From assembly GCA_024626585.2 (NCBI GenBank), contig JANKJI020000002.1, positions 31,773,873 through 31,809,970 of the forward strand: DNA of 36,098 nt, given 5' to 3'. The position numbers and the translations under genes are program-made. The DNA is from Ginkgo biloba (Eukaryota; Plantae; Ginkgophyta). Within the stretch, counting starts at the first letter, position 1. Each line of letters opens with the position of its first letter. Shown piece after piece: positions 25,201 to 36,098 of the stretch. The notes below the pieces were generated by a model, which ran no database searches, was not told where the DNA came from, and saw only the letters and a list, made by a program, of their open reading frames with translations.

Positions 25201-27829
25201 AATTTAGACTTAGCATAGTATTCTACCAAGCCTGAGATCCAACAACAAGAGTCAAACCCTAGCAAACCATCATGAAGAGAAAACACCAAGATAGCAAAAT
25301 GATTCTACAACAATGAATGGCATGCATTCAACATTACAGGAAGAATAACGACAAGAAATGAAAGGCTGTGGATACCTCTAGCAGAGATCGTACAGTAAAT
25401 GAATACTCTCTTGGGCTTTCTCTCAGATCAAGCCCTTCTTCTGGCAATAGCAGTGAACAGCAACACAGCAGTAATCTGCCAACTCCTCTTGATTTAGACA
25501 ATGGCTGTACAAACTCTACAGTGGAATAAGGGGTCTCATGGTTGGACTCTCTTAAATGCCCAAGAAAATTCAAAACAGCAGTATTACATCTCACGAGACA
25601 AATGATCAGCCCAACCACGGAAGTATATCAGCAATATTTATCATCCAAAGATGGAACATATCAGTATCACAAGTCACAGTTTTCTCCAGATGGAAAGAAT
25701 TGATGTGTTTAATGAGGTTGTACACTTCCTATTGTTGACAGCAATTTCCTATTTGCACTAGCCTGGCACAGCCTCCCTTAAACACATGCCATCATGTGGT
25801 TGGCTGCTCTCTTAACTGATGCTGATGTCTGAACCACTGAAATGTGTTCCTTCTACATACCAACATCTGCCTCATGAGAAGCTCAAGGTTCTCATGCACC
25901 TTCATTAAGATATTTTGGCCTTCTTTTACAACATATGGAAGCTATAGTCCATCAACACCTCTAACACAATTGCACTTTCACAGGGCCCTTGACCATTTTG
26001 GGTTACGAAAGCATATTAGGACTTCTCTTGACCATTGATCAAGTTAATCCCTCTACTGTGAAAGGGAAACTTGCAATTGTTTTTTAAAAGAAAAACAACT
26101 TAGTGTAGGGTTTTGGGCAACTTCTGATACACTGACTAGTGTGTCATTTCCGTTTTGATTCAACTTGCCTTTGTTGTAAGAAAATGACCTAAATCTTTGA
26201 ATATATCAATTCAGATAAGATCTTTACAAAAATAAGCACAGAAACAGATATGCTATGTATTGTTAAAAATGTATGCCTATATAGAAAAGTAAATGCTTGT
26301 TTCTCCCCACTGCTCATTCTCTATTATGTTGGCCCTATACACTGGCATTGGAAAGTAGAGTGGAAGTTATACATCCTCATAATATTGAGTTTCCAACTTG
26401 TTCTTTCTAGTCTTTATTACACTCAATCCTTTGCTACTAAATCAAAAGCCTGACCCTGCAGGCATATTCATTTATGTGGTAATTCTTTCCGTTAGAGTAT
26501 CAAAGTTTCTTATCTTTCTTATTTCTCATACAAATTATCTAGCATAAGCCATAACCCATTTTATTTTCTTGCATATATGGTGTGAATAGTTTTAATTTAT
26601 TNNNNNNNNNNNNNNNNNNNNNNNNNNNNNNNNNNNNNNNNNNNNNNNNNNNNNNNNNNNNNNNNNNNNNNNNNNNNNNNNNNNNNNNNNNNNNNNNNNN
26701 NGACGTTATGAGCCTAATCTTCTAATAAATACAAAAGTTGCAAAGGCTGGGATAACATTCTAGCTTACATTCTTATCACTTGGGGCACCAATACTCTTCT
26801 TTTGGCTTTAGAATTTATGTTGCATAATTCGACGCACTTGCTAATGTGTTGCATTTCTAAATTAAGAGGTTATTTTATGGGTGGTAGGTGACATCTCACA
26901 TCATCCATTTTCGGCATTATTATAGTTGGCCATTTTGACCGCAACACCTATTTTTTTTTTTTTTTTTCAAATTTGGGCTAGGAAGGTGATGCCTCACCTA
27001 GCCTTAGTCTCACATACTTGTTATTGAGCATTGTTTCTTGGGGGTGATGTCTCACTCTACAGGGTCATTACAAACCATAGATATCATTTGTACCTCTTGT
27101 TGGCCCAAAAAGGTGGTGCATGCATTGAGAGGTAGGTGGCATCTTGGAAGAAACTTTTGGCCATGTACAGGACTAAAAGGCAAAGCACTCTGCATGTAGG
27201 CCATGTTTTCTAAGGATTTCATACATGGTTGTATTTGTCTTCATCACCTAAAGCTTTTCGACCAAGTAAGTCCTACACACTGATAAGTTTTCTAAACCTC
27301 TAACTCTACAGAGATTGTTTTTAGATTGCTATAAATTAATATAAATCTGTCTATAGATAAATTAATATAAATTGTGCTAAAATTCTATTTTCTGTCTGCG
27401 TAAATTAATGTATACAGACAAANNNNNNNNNNNNNNNNNNNNNNNNNNNNNNNNNTATGATGCATGACATGATTCATTTATATATGAAACCTTTCCTTTA
27501 CCATGCAAAACCAATTACCTTACTATTGCAAAAACCCTAAATTGGTGTCTACGGTGACATGGCTTGATCACTAGGAATTTGTTATGGGATTTTGTTTGTC
27601 CTTGTTTGGATATATGTTCACATATCCATTACTCCTATGCATGCGCTTTATTTAAGTAACTGGCATTAGGTTGAACGATATCGAAGAGGGTTGAGTTGTT
27701 GCTCATGTTTACCCTCCTAATGACTACCTCTATAGATTGTTGTTGCAGCCATAAGACTCGTTGGTCATGTCAATGCATAGCTAGTTCTATGGCTATTGTT
27801 GTAGCCTTAGGGGTTGTTGATAGTACCAA

Positions 27830-28566
27830 AATTTATTAAGAATAAATAACTACAAGTGGGGTAGATACATATTTCCTAGTGCCAAAGAGATTGAAACAAC
27901 CTAATTCTTGGCACCCTTACTAGTGTTGGGATTAAGGGGTGGAGTCTAGTGGATCATTCATAGCTACCAAGCGCTGACAATAAGCACAATTTGTTGTTGA
28001 AGATTTGGCTGCCAAACATAGTAAGCCCATATAGGCTATCCCCCATGGCCAAAAACATATGCTAGAGTTTATGTTACCAAGAATCTACCTTAGTACTAAC
28101 AATCCTCCCTTATGACTTTGCCTTATGCTTAATTCTAAAACGTTGTATCATAAATTAACATAAATTAATTCTTGCATGTATGATTTTACCTTATACCTAA
28201 TACTAAAACGATGTACCATAATAAATTCTTGCATATATGTGAAAGTGTAAAATTGATTATCATGATCATGTATGACATCATTACAATAGAATGTATGGAC
28301 ACGTGTATGTGGATGATGAAATATGAAGATATTTATGTAATTCTATGGGGTCCTTTATTTTAGAGTGTGAAAGTTACTTAATGGTGTGTATCATAAACGA
28401 ATACAGATGAATATTGGACTATGGCAAAATTGGATTAATGATTATGCTATAAGTCTGCTTGTGTTTATTGTATACCATTGCGAAAGGTTATCCTACAGGT
28501 TGAATGTTCATATTCTCTAGGAAAGGTATATAGCTTGGGTGCAAGTATAAGGGTGTGGGTTGTTAA
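27830..28566. mobile_element. LTR-like repeat copy 1 (same family as 30090-30781)
   Basis: Shares collinear blocks with 30090-30781 (CTTACTAGTGTTGGGATT, TTCATAGCTAC, TTTGTTGTTGAAG.TTTGGCT, CCCATGGCCAA, CTTGCATATATGTGA, GAATGTATGGACA, TACTTAATGG). Ends GGGTTGTTAAA, a decayed TGTTACA terminus. Confidence 0.7.
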
Positions 28567-28783
28567 ATAAAGACACACATTAGAAAACCACACATATCAG
28601 AACACACAAAATAAAATCGTAGTTCATCTTAGTGGGGATGGCCAACTAACTTAATCATTTATGACTTTAAGGGTGAAGCATTGTTGCACTCTAATTTCAC
28701 TCTTGGAAAACTATGAGATTGTGCATAGTATTGGCAACCCTAATGGAGATGGATGGACGCATGCAAGTAGAATTGGCCATTAT

Positions 28784-29985
28784 TTAGGCTTCCTCTTCTC
28801 TTTTGACACACCTGAGGTACACTTCATGGTAATTCTTCCTATATAAAACTCCTCTTTTGATTATGTAATGGAATGCCTTGAGCTTTAAATATCTCCTTTG
28901 GACCCTATCAAGATCAGGAGGGCAAGTTCCATATATTAGGAAGTAAATGATATGAGTGTACCACTCATCTTGATTTACCTTGGCTTGATCCACTTAATAA
29001 GTAGTGATCCTTGGATCCACTTTTACAATGATTTTTACTAGGCCTTGGATTCTCACTATCTTGGCAGATTCTATATTGATGTCAAACTCCTATAATTTTA
29101 CCATCCGCTTGCCTCTTCTTTCTCCCAACTCATTTTACCCTAACATTAGCTTGACTATGGGATTAAGCACAATAGCATGGACCTTATTTCTAAGGATGTA
29201 GTGCCTGAACTTCTTAACAACCTTCACTAGGGCGTAAGCTTGTCTATTTAATGTTAAGTATTTCAACTTGGCTTCTTTCAAGTTGATGCTCATGAAAGCT
29301 ATGGGGTGCTCTTTAAATGCATCTCACTATGTAAGAATTATTGCAATAGTGTGGTCAGAAGAAAATGAATAGATATATAAAATCCTGATCAAAATTAGGG
29401 ATGACCAGGTATGGGGCCTGTATGATAACTACCTTGATTTCTTGAAATGCAGCCTTAAATTGAGGGGTCCATTCTACCTTAGCCTCCTATTTTAACATGG
29501 CATNNNNNNNNNNNNNNNNNNNAACTATCTTAGTGAATCCATAAATGAATTTCCTAACAAAGTTAATCTTTCCAAAGAATAATTTTATCTCTTTCTTACT
29601 GTTATGGAGAGAAATATTTGAGATAGCTTGAGCTCTACTAGGGTCAATGATTATACTTCCTTTGGTAATGATATGCCCTAGTAATTTACCTCAGTGACAG
29701 TAAAACTACTATTCTTGGGATTGAGCGATATACTATACCTCCTACATNNNNNNNNNNNNNNNNNNNNNNNNNNNNNNNATATGTTCTTTGAAAAGACTGT
29801 CAGGTCATCCATATAGATGATAATGCATCGACCAACTAGTCCTTGGAATGTAATTTCCATGTCCCTTTAAAAAGTGGATCCTACATTGATCAGCACAAAG
29901 GGTATCCTCTTGTAAGAAAACATACCCCACTTGGTGGTGAAAGTAGTTTTCATTCTATCTTGATGATCTACTAGCACCTGGTTGT
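28784..29985 (-). mobile_element. Decayed Ty3/gypsy pol fragment (RT, RNase H, integrase-proximal linker), non-chromovirus-like
   Basis: RT with the YxDD motif: MKTTFTTKWGMFSYKRIPFVLINVGSTF*RDMEITFQGLVGRCIIIYMDDLTVFSK, then LLGHIITKGSIIIDPSR...FFGKINFVRKFI. RNase H: HPIAFMS...AYALVKVVKKFRHYIL. Pre-integrase segment: EWYTHIIYFLIYGTCP...GVLYRKNY...LRCV. Contains stops and frameshifts. Confidence 0.92.
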
Positions 29986-30089
29986 ANNNNNNNNNNNNNN
30001 NNNNNNNNNNNNNNNNNNNNNNNNNNNNNNNNNNNNNNNNNNNNNNNNNNNNNNNNNNNNNNNNNNNNNNNNNNNNNNNNNNNNNNCGT

Positions 30090-30781
30090 ATCAGTAATTA
30101 ATATAAATAAATTAGTGGTTGTGGGGTGGATATTCCTTATTCCTAGGATAATTCTAGTGTTGAAGAGTGGTTGAAATAGACCTAGCACCCAACATTCTTA
30201 CTAGTGTTGGGATTGTGGGGTGGATTCCAAGAGATTTTTCATAGCTACTGGGTGCTAATGGCAAGCATAGTTTGTTGTTGAAGCTTTGGCTACCGACATC
30301 GTAACCCTGATTAGGCGGTCCCATGGCCAATGGTAGATGCTAAAGTTCATGTTATAGAGAATTTATCTTAAGTACTTATAGTTCTACTTTATGACCTTGC
30401 CTTATACCTAATTAACACACCACCATAAATATACATAAAGAAATACTTGCATATATGTGAGTATGTACCATTGCTTATTATAATTATGTGTCATCATTAC
30501 AATTGAATGTATGGACATATGTGTATGTGAATGATGAAATATTAATATATGAATACATTTCAATGGTGTTCTTCATTGCAAAATTGTGAAAGCTACTTAA
30601 TGGAATGAGTCATAAATAAATACAAAAGAATAAATTATGGCAGATTTGGAATGTTGACAATGTTATAAGTCTACAGGTGTCTAATGTTTACCATTAAGAA
30701 ACATTATCCTGCAATTTGAGTGTCCTTATTATGAAGGAGAGATTTGTAACTTGTGTATAGGTGTGACGGCATGATGTTACA
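30090..30781. mobile_element. LTR-like repeat copy 2 (same family as 27830-28566)
   Basis: Diverged direct-orientation copy of 27830-28566, ending in the canonical LTR terminus TGTTACA at 30775-30781. Confidence 0.7.
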
Positions 30782-31464
30782 ATCTTCCTCTAAAGTGGCA
30801 TTCAAATAAGGATTTTGCTTAGTTCCATATGAAGCCAAGACTTGGGTTGTTTGAACCTAATAGAAGCAGGAAGCATGATTCCCATGAAGCCTAGTTTACC
30901 TAGTGCAATTTTAGGCACAAACATGAAGAATCTTAAAAATGGCAAATAGAGTCATAATTTCATATGATGACTTGTTTAGGATCCATCATGAAGAAGGGAG
31001 GCATGTTAAAGGGATGCTACTCTTTCTAACCACTTCCACGTAGCTTTGGTGGCGGGGTGGATGGCGTGCAAAATAGAATACGAGGGAGAGCCTCCTCTTA
31101 CAAAATGAAAGTGTTTCACCTACAACTCAACTCTTGTATGGACAACATTATTAAAATCTATTATTTGTCCACCAGCCCTTGGAGATATTAGGTGGATGGA
31201 CCAGTGGAAACAAGCCATTAAAAGAGTCGGCTCTTTCCTTATCGGGTATGGTCAAGGAGAGTTAACAAAGAAGGGGCCAAAGAGCTTCAAGAGATCTAAT
31301 CAAAAATGGAAGTTGACCCATTCAATGAAAGCTAGAGTAGCCAACCTTATTGATGCCACTAGGATCAGTGAAGCCAAAAAGCCAATGAGGATCAAATCTG
31401 TTGTGATGCCTCTAGATCTAGAAAAATTTTGAAAAAGACTTTGAGTTACTTCCACAACCCCAAA

Positions 31465-32080
31465 TAAATTCTAAAGTGGACTAAAAAGTTTGGGTGGTCT
31501 TAGGTCTCTGCTAAGGAAATCTTTAAACTTTTGGGAACACCCTTTGGTTTCAAAATTTTCCTAAGTAAATATTTTATACGTATGCAATTGATAGAATGGA
31601 TAAAAATCTCTCCAAATGGGCTTTCAAACTCTTAAGCCTTCCTACAGGATACCAAATTGCTAGCACTCAAATGTATTACTCTTCTTACTAGGTGCCCTTC
31701 CGCATTGCCTAAAACAAGCTAACCTAGTTGATCAGAGCTTCATCTAGAGGACCATCAAGGGTAAGACAGGCTCCCACAGAGTAAAAAGATGTTGCTAACT
31801 CAAAGCCAAAGGTGGTCTATGTATTATTGATATAGAGAGAGACAAGGTAGTGCCTTTGGCTAAATGGATTGTTAGAGCACTCTTCATTATTGAAGCTTGG
31901 AAGTTGCTTATTAGGCAAAATATTATTGCACGAAGACTCTTAGGCAAGCACTCTTAGAAGGGTCTACCTTTGCACACCTTGATTTCAACTCCTAGCAATG
32001 TCATTATTGTAGGTTGCAATGTCTTTATAAGTATTTGGCAAGCATGGGAGAAATGTAAAGCGTTCCTGGACTAGAGAGGT
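31465..32080 (+). mobile_element. Decayed L1-clade LINE ORF2 fragment (region C-terminal to the RT core)
   Basis: KWTKKFGWS*VSAKEIFKLLGTPFG (cf. KYLG.P), IDRMDKNLSKWAFKLLSL (cf. L..W....LS.AGR), and HRVKRCC*LKAKGGLCIID...AKWIVRAL...EAWKLLIR (cf. V.W...C.PK..GGLG......KW). Multiple stops and indels. Confidence 0.8.
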
Positions 32081-34284
32081 GTGAAGCCCAAAAGAGGACT
32101 CTTAGAAGCAAGCCAAGACATTTGGCAGTGCCCTCCGATAATTGACAACACCAAACGCCTAAGGGAGGTAAAGTGATCTAGTGGAACTAGATTATTCAAA
32201 AATAGCATCAAAACCCACATGGATATTGATGACATCTAAACTAGTCAAATGAAAGACTATGAACTCACAAAGGTTGAATGTAATCTCTACAAATGAGACA
32301 CAGTTGACTTGGACAAGATCCCAAATTATTTTCAACTCAAAAACATAGTCAATCCTCCCAAGGCTTGGTAGAAAGACTGGGCTTAGAACGTCTCTAAAGC
32401 CATGACCAAAAACTCTACTTCTCATTTGTGTTGTTTGCTTCTTCATTCAATGCTTCTTTAGATTGCTAATTAGTATATACCTAATTAATCCTTTTCCAAA
32501 GGGCCTCCCATTGTAACTTCCATTTGATCCACCATTTCAATGAATCTTGATGCCATACTCAACGCTATAGAAACTAAGGAAGCTGTTTCTTGAAAACTAG
32601 GATACTTATGTGTCCTTGCAAAAGAAGTCAGAAGGGAAAATATCATAGTTGTTTTTGCTTATGTGATGGTTCCTCAAGTAGCTTGAGGATGAGAAGATGT
32701 CAACACATTTTTATAGTCACTAAAGTAAAAGTCACCTCTTCAAGTTATCCCACCTGTAAAGTTCCTGCATGCGAAGAAGAACTTGTTCCCACTGGTGGAG
32801 CATTTGTTCGTACAGGTACGTCAATCACCTACACATGAGTCATTTGCATCATCAACTATCTCCTTATAAAATTCATCAAAAAATTTCTTGAAAAGTTCCT
32901 ACAAGAAACCACACTTTTTTCCAATGAAGAAAGCCTATCCCTATGTCTCATTGGGCATGGATGAAATCATTGAAAATTGTTCAAGTGTAGAAGCATTTGG
33001 AACATGCACAAGTTTACGTGAAGAAGGCAAGACTTCCCAAGCACTCCCCTCTCAAATACATCTTCCTTGTTAATTCCTATCTCCTCCCCTTCACCATCAT
33101 CCTTTTCCTCATCTTCTACAATCATTTCTTCATTAATGAGAATCATTATTTTGTCTTCTTACCTTTTTTTTAATTAGCAACTATTTCCAAACGTGCCCAC
33201 TAATACACAGAGTGCTTACCTTTGTAACAAGAAAAATGGGAATTTAGCATTCATCAATGTAACAAGAAATCAACTTGTGACTCTTGACATAGGAATTTAG
33301 GATCCATATCATGAAAATAAATGCAAAACAATGCGTATTGATGTACATTTTGTTTTCTAACAAAATGGGCCTATCTCTTTTGTTGATTACAGGTCTTCAA
33401 TTTACTTTGGATAAGATCTTTTCACCAAAAGTAGCTTTCTCATGCTCTAAGTCACTCAAGTGTGACTTCAAAAAGATTCCCTTGAATATAAAAAACAAAT
33501 GTCATTTTGAATTTTTTTTGAAAAACCTTCATCTATTGCAAAAATCCTTTCATTGCCCAGGAGCACGGTCTCACATAGTGTGCCACCCAAAAGCATGGTC
33601 TAGAATGGCGGGCTGCCTAAAAGCATGCTTGTACATGGTGCTTGCGCAAAAACATGATGCCAACTACGAAGTCATCTTAAAACTAATTCTCATGCAATTT
33701 TTGGTCAAACCTTAATGATTTTTTGGTCATGTAGCCACTTATTCAAAGCATTTTACTTGAATTCTATCCCACTTGGACAACTATAACACTCTTGCTAGCA
33801 CAATCCTTATTGAATTCCTAGAGTACAAAATTTGCAACTACGTAAAAAACTAAATTTTGTTGGGAGAGTCCATTTTTCCATATAAATATTGGACTTGCAA
33901 GGATGTTTGGGAAGGAGGAAAGAAGGCATTGTCATGTTGCTAAAATTCCATTGTGCTCATTAGAATTGTTCATACCTTATGATCACACATTGCTAAGCTA
34001 ATGCATTCTTTCCATTGGCAATTGGACTCAAGTTAAACCCCAACATCTATTGTTCAACTATCATAANNNNNNNNNNNNNNNNCACATACAGCATAAGTAT
34101 TGTACTATTTTGTTGGTCTTTGATTCCCTTTTGCTCTCACATCATTTTATTCATTCAAATTCTCCATTAATTGTTGTCTTTTCTCACTATTTCTCACAAT
34201 CATCTTTCACAACAAGCTAAGTCCTTTCATGCTATGGGAGTTGGAGCTTTGAGGAAGATTCTTGCTATTGTAAAGGCATTGGCA

Positions 34285-34322
34285 AGTGTAACATCCCCCC
34301 AACTCAAGGTGCAACACTTGCA
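34285..34322 (-). mobile_element. Polypurine tract / 3' LTR junction of an LTR retrotransposon
   Basis: Minus strand reads CTTGAGTTGGGGGGA|TGTTACAC: a G-rich tract directly followed by a TGTTA LTR start at 34293. LTR extent not determined. Confidence 0.45.
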
Positions 34323-35119
34323 NNNNNNNNNNNNNNNNNNNNNNNNNNNNNNNNNNNNNNNNNNNNNNNNNNNNNNNNNNNNNNNNNNNNNNNNNNNNNN
34401 NNNNNNNNNNNNNNNNNNNNNNAGAGACATTATTAAAAGGCAAATATATCTTATAATCAACACTATTTGGATCTTAGATAAAGGAATAATATCTAGATAA
34501 AATATGTAAATGATATTGTAGACATAGTATGCATAGATATAACAAAAGATTATGTATCATTTAAAGCCATGTCCTTAGTCAAGTACGACGCTAAGGCTTA
34601 TGAGCAAATACAAGAATTTGGGTACTAGTAACATAAGCGACTAGATTACTTTCACAAGCAAATAAGTTTTGAACAATAATTGCACATCGAAAAAAATCAC
34701 CTCTATATAGTCAAGCAGATAATCCTATTTCCAACAGATCAAGAACAAAAGGGCTACCCACGATTTTAAGGACTTACCTTCGCTTCCCATGTTGATCCAT
34801 TCCCATCCCAAGTGATTTAAGCGAACACTATTGCTCTATCTCCATACGAAAACCTACATTCTTGCTCTGGTCATTTTTCAATACTTGATATTAAGTACTT
34901 CGAACGACTACCAAGAAAGGGTGTGAGCAACTCGCGAAATATATCCAACATTCACACCTCAACAAAACACTACATAACCATTCATGGATTTTCTCAAGAA
35001 ATCTAAGGTAATACCACCTACGGTAATGAAGGAAAATGCACAATGCAAAATTGAAGAAAGCAACGATTTGCAACTAGGAAAGGTATCCCACAAAGAATTC
35101 CAACCAGAGGATTCATCAG

Positions 35120-35378
35120 GAAAAACATATTGTTAAAGACGATAAGAATGAAGTAGAGCAAGACGTAAGTAATATCATAGATAAGGAACGTGTTGACATT
35201 AGTGAGCAATGGCATCATTAAAAAAATAAAGTTAGTAGCAATAGCAAGCAAGTAGCCTATGCGAAAAAATGTATTGTTGAATATGACAAGTGTGAGGTTG
35301 AGCAAGAAGCAAGCAACATCATAGACAAAGAATATATTAACACAAGCAAGCAAGAGCATCAAGAAAAGGATGAGGTTA
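35120..35378 (+). repeat. Degenerate two-copy 144-bp tandem repeat in a decayed reading frame
   Basis: Units start at 35120 and 35264 and translate in the same frame: EKHIVKDDKNEVEQDVSNIIDKERVDISEQWHH*KNKV / KKCIVEYDKCEVEQEASNIIDKEYINTSKQEHQEKDEV. Confidence 0.75.
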
Positions 35379-36098
35379 TTGGTTTAAGAAAATGACTATA
35401 TCAAACGAGCAAATAAATTATCTAGACATGATAGAAGAATCAAAATGATAACCAAAGACTAATAAGGATAGGTCTCAAGAAAAACCTTTAGACATTCATC
35501 TATTCCCAATAATCATCGTTACAACACCAACCACACACCAACGAGCTCAACCATTCATGTTAGCAAGAGTCTCAACAATTCAAGGATTAAGATTCCATCT
35601 ATTTTAAAATAAGTCAATTACGTCGTTAATCCAATATGGCACTCTAATTGCAAGGAAATATCCCCACATTAAATGGAAGATTCCATGGTCATGTGTGATC
35701 AAGCACCCAACATTATTTCCAACAACACTCCGTCCAATAATAAGGAAGAGACCATCCAATGACATAACCAAACTTCCAACGCAACAATCTCATAGGCCAT
35801 GTAATCACCTAGTCTTCTAAAAAAAATAATTTTAGTTACGTTATACAAACATCGTGTTATCAAGNNNNNNNNNNNNNCCTATGCCAATGAATTTGGTCCT
35901 CACATTACGCTTCGCCATCAAAGGGTAGCAAACTACAAAGACGACAGTAGTGATTGATCAAACATCATTCACTCCAAATTTGGCAGACAACCTACAAACA
36001 TGTATGATTTATTACTAAATGCACAAGGGGAAAGCACTCGATTCTTATTGATAGATCAATACATCAAAAGATATGACGACTACGATATCCTATTACTC

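Noticed and set aside
27830-30781. Intact LTR retrotransposon (LTR-pol-LTR)
   Set aside because: The two LTR-like copies are heavily diverged, the interior is only about 1.5 kb and lacks gag and the integrase core, no TSD is evident, and a 100-N gap separates pol from copy 2.
32400-33715. Exon-like acidic segments on the minus strand and a 134-aa plus-strand ORF
   Set aside because: Interrupted by stops or of low-information composition, with no recognisable domain; possibly decayed TE sequence but not assignable.
35018-35362. Hydrophobic 114-aa minus-strand ORF as a membrane protein
   Set aside because: It is the antisense shadow of the A-rich 144-bp repeat; T-rich codons trivially give hydrophobic residues.

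Overview
AT-rich, gap-ridden eukaryotic (land-plant) genomic scaffold. The LARP6 gene and the decayed Ty3/gypsy and L1-type LINE fragments fit a large-genome plant; a fern or other non-flowering lineage is my inference, not established. The only confidently recognisable host gene is the 3' end of a La-related protein 6 (LARP6) gene on the minus strand: three phase-0 GT-AG exons at 13584-13516, 13390-13238 and 13138-12890, encoding the RRM end, an RG-rich tract and the C-terminal LSA/SUZ-C motif. I could not find its La-motif exons or most of its RRM exons in the window. The rest is mostly decayed retroelement sequence: two Ty3/gypsy pol remnants, gag and protease remnants, a LINE ORF2 remnant, LTR fragments with PBS/PPT signals, a probable solo LTR, and local direct, inverted and tandem repeats. 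Several joins are fixed 100-N gaps, so contig adjacency is uncertain. I found no rRNA, tRNA, CRISPR array or convincing novel multi-gene system. The leads most worth testing are the LARP6 gene architecture and a candidate spliced 3' UTR or alternative terminal exon.
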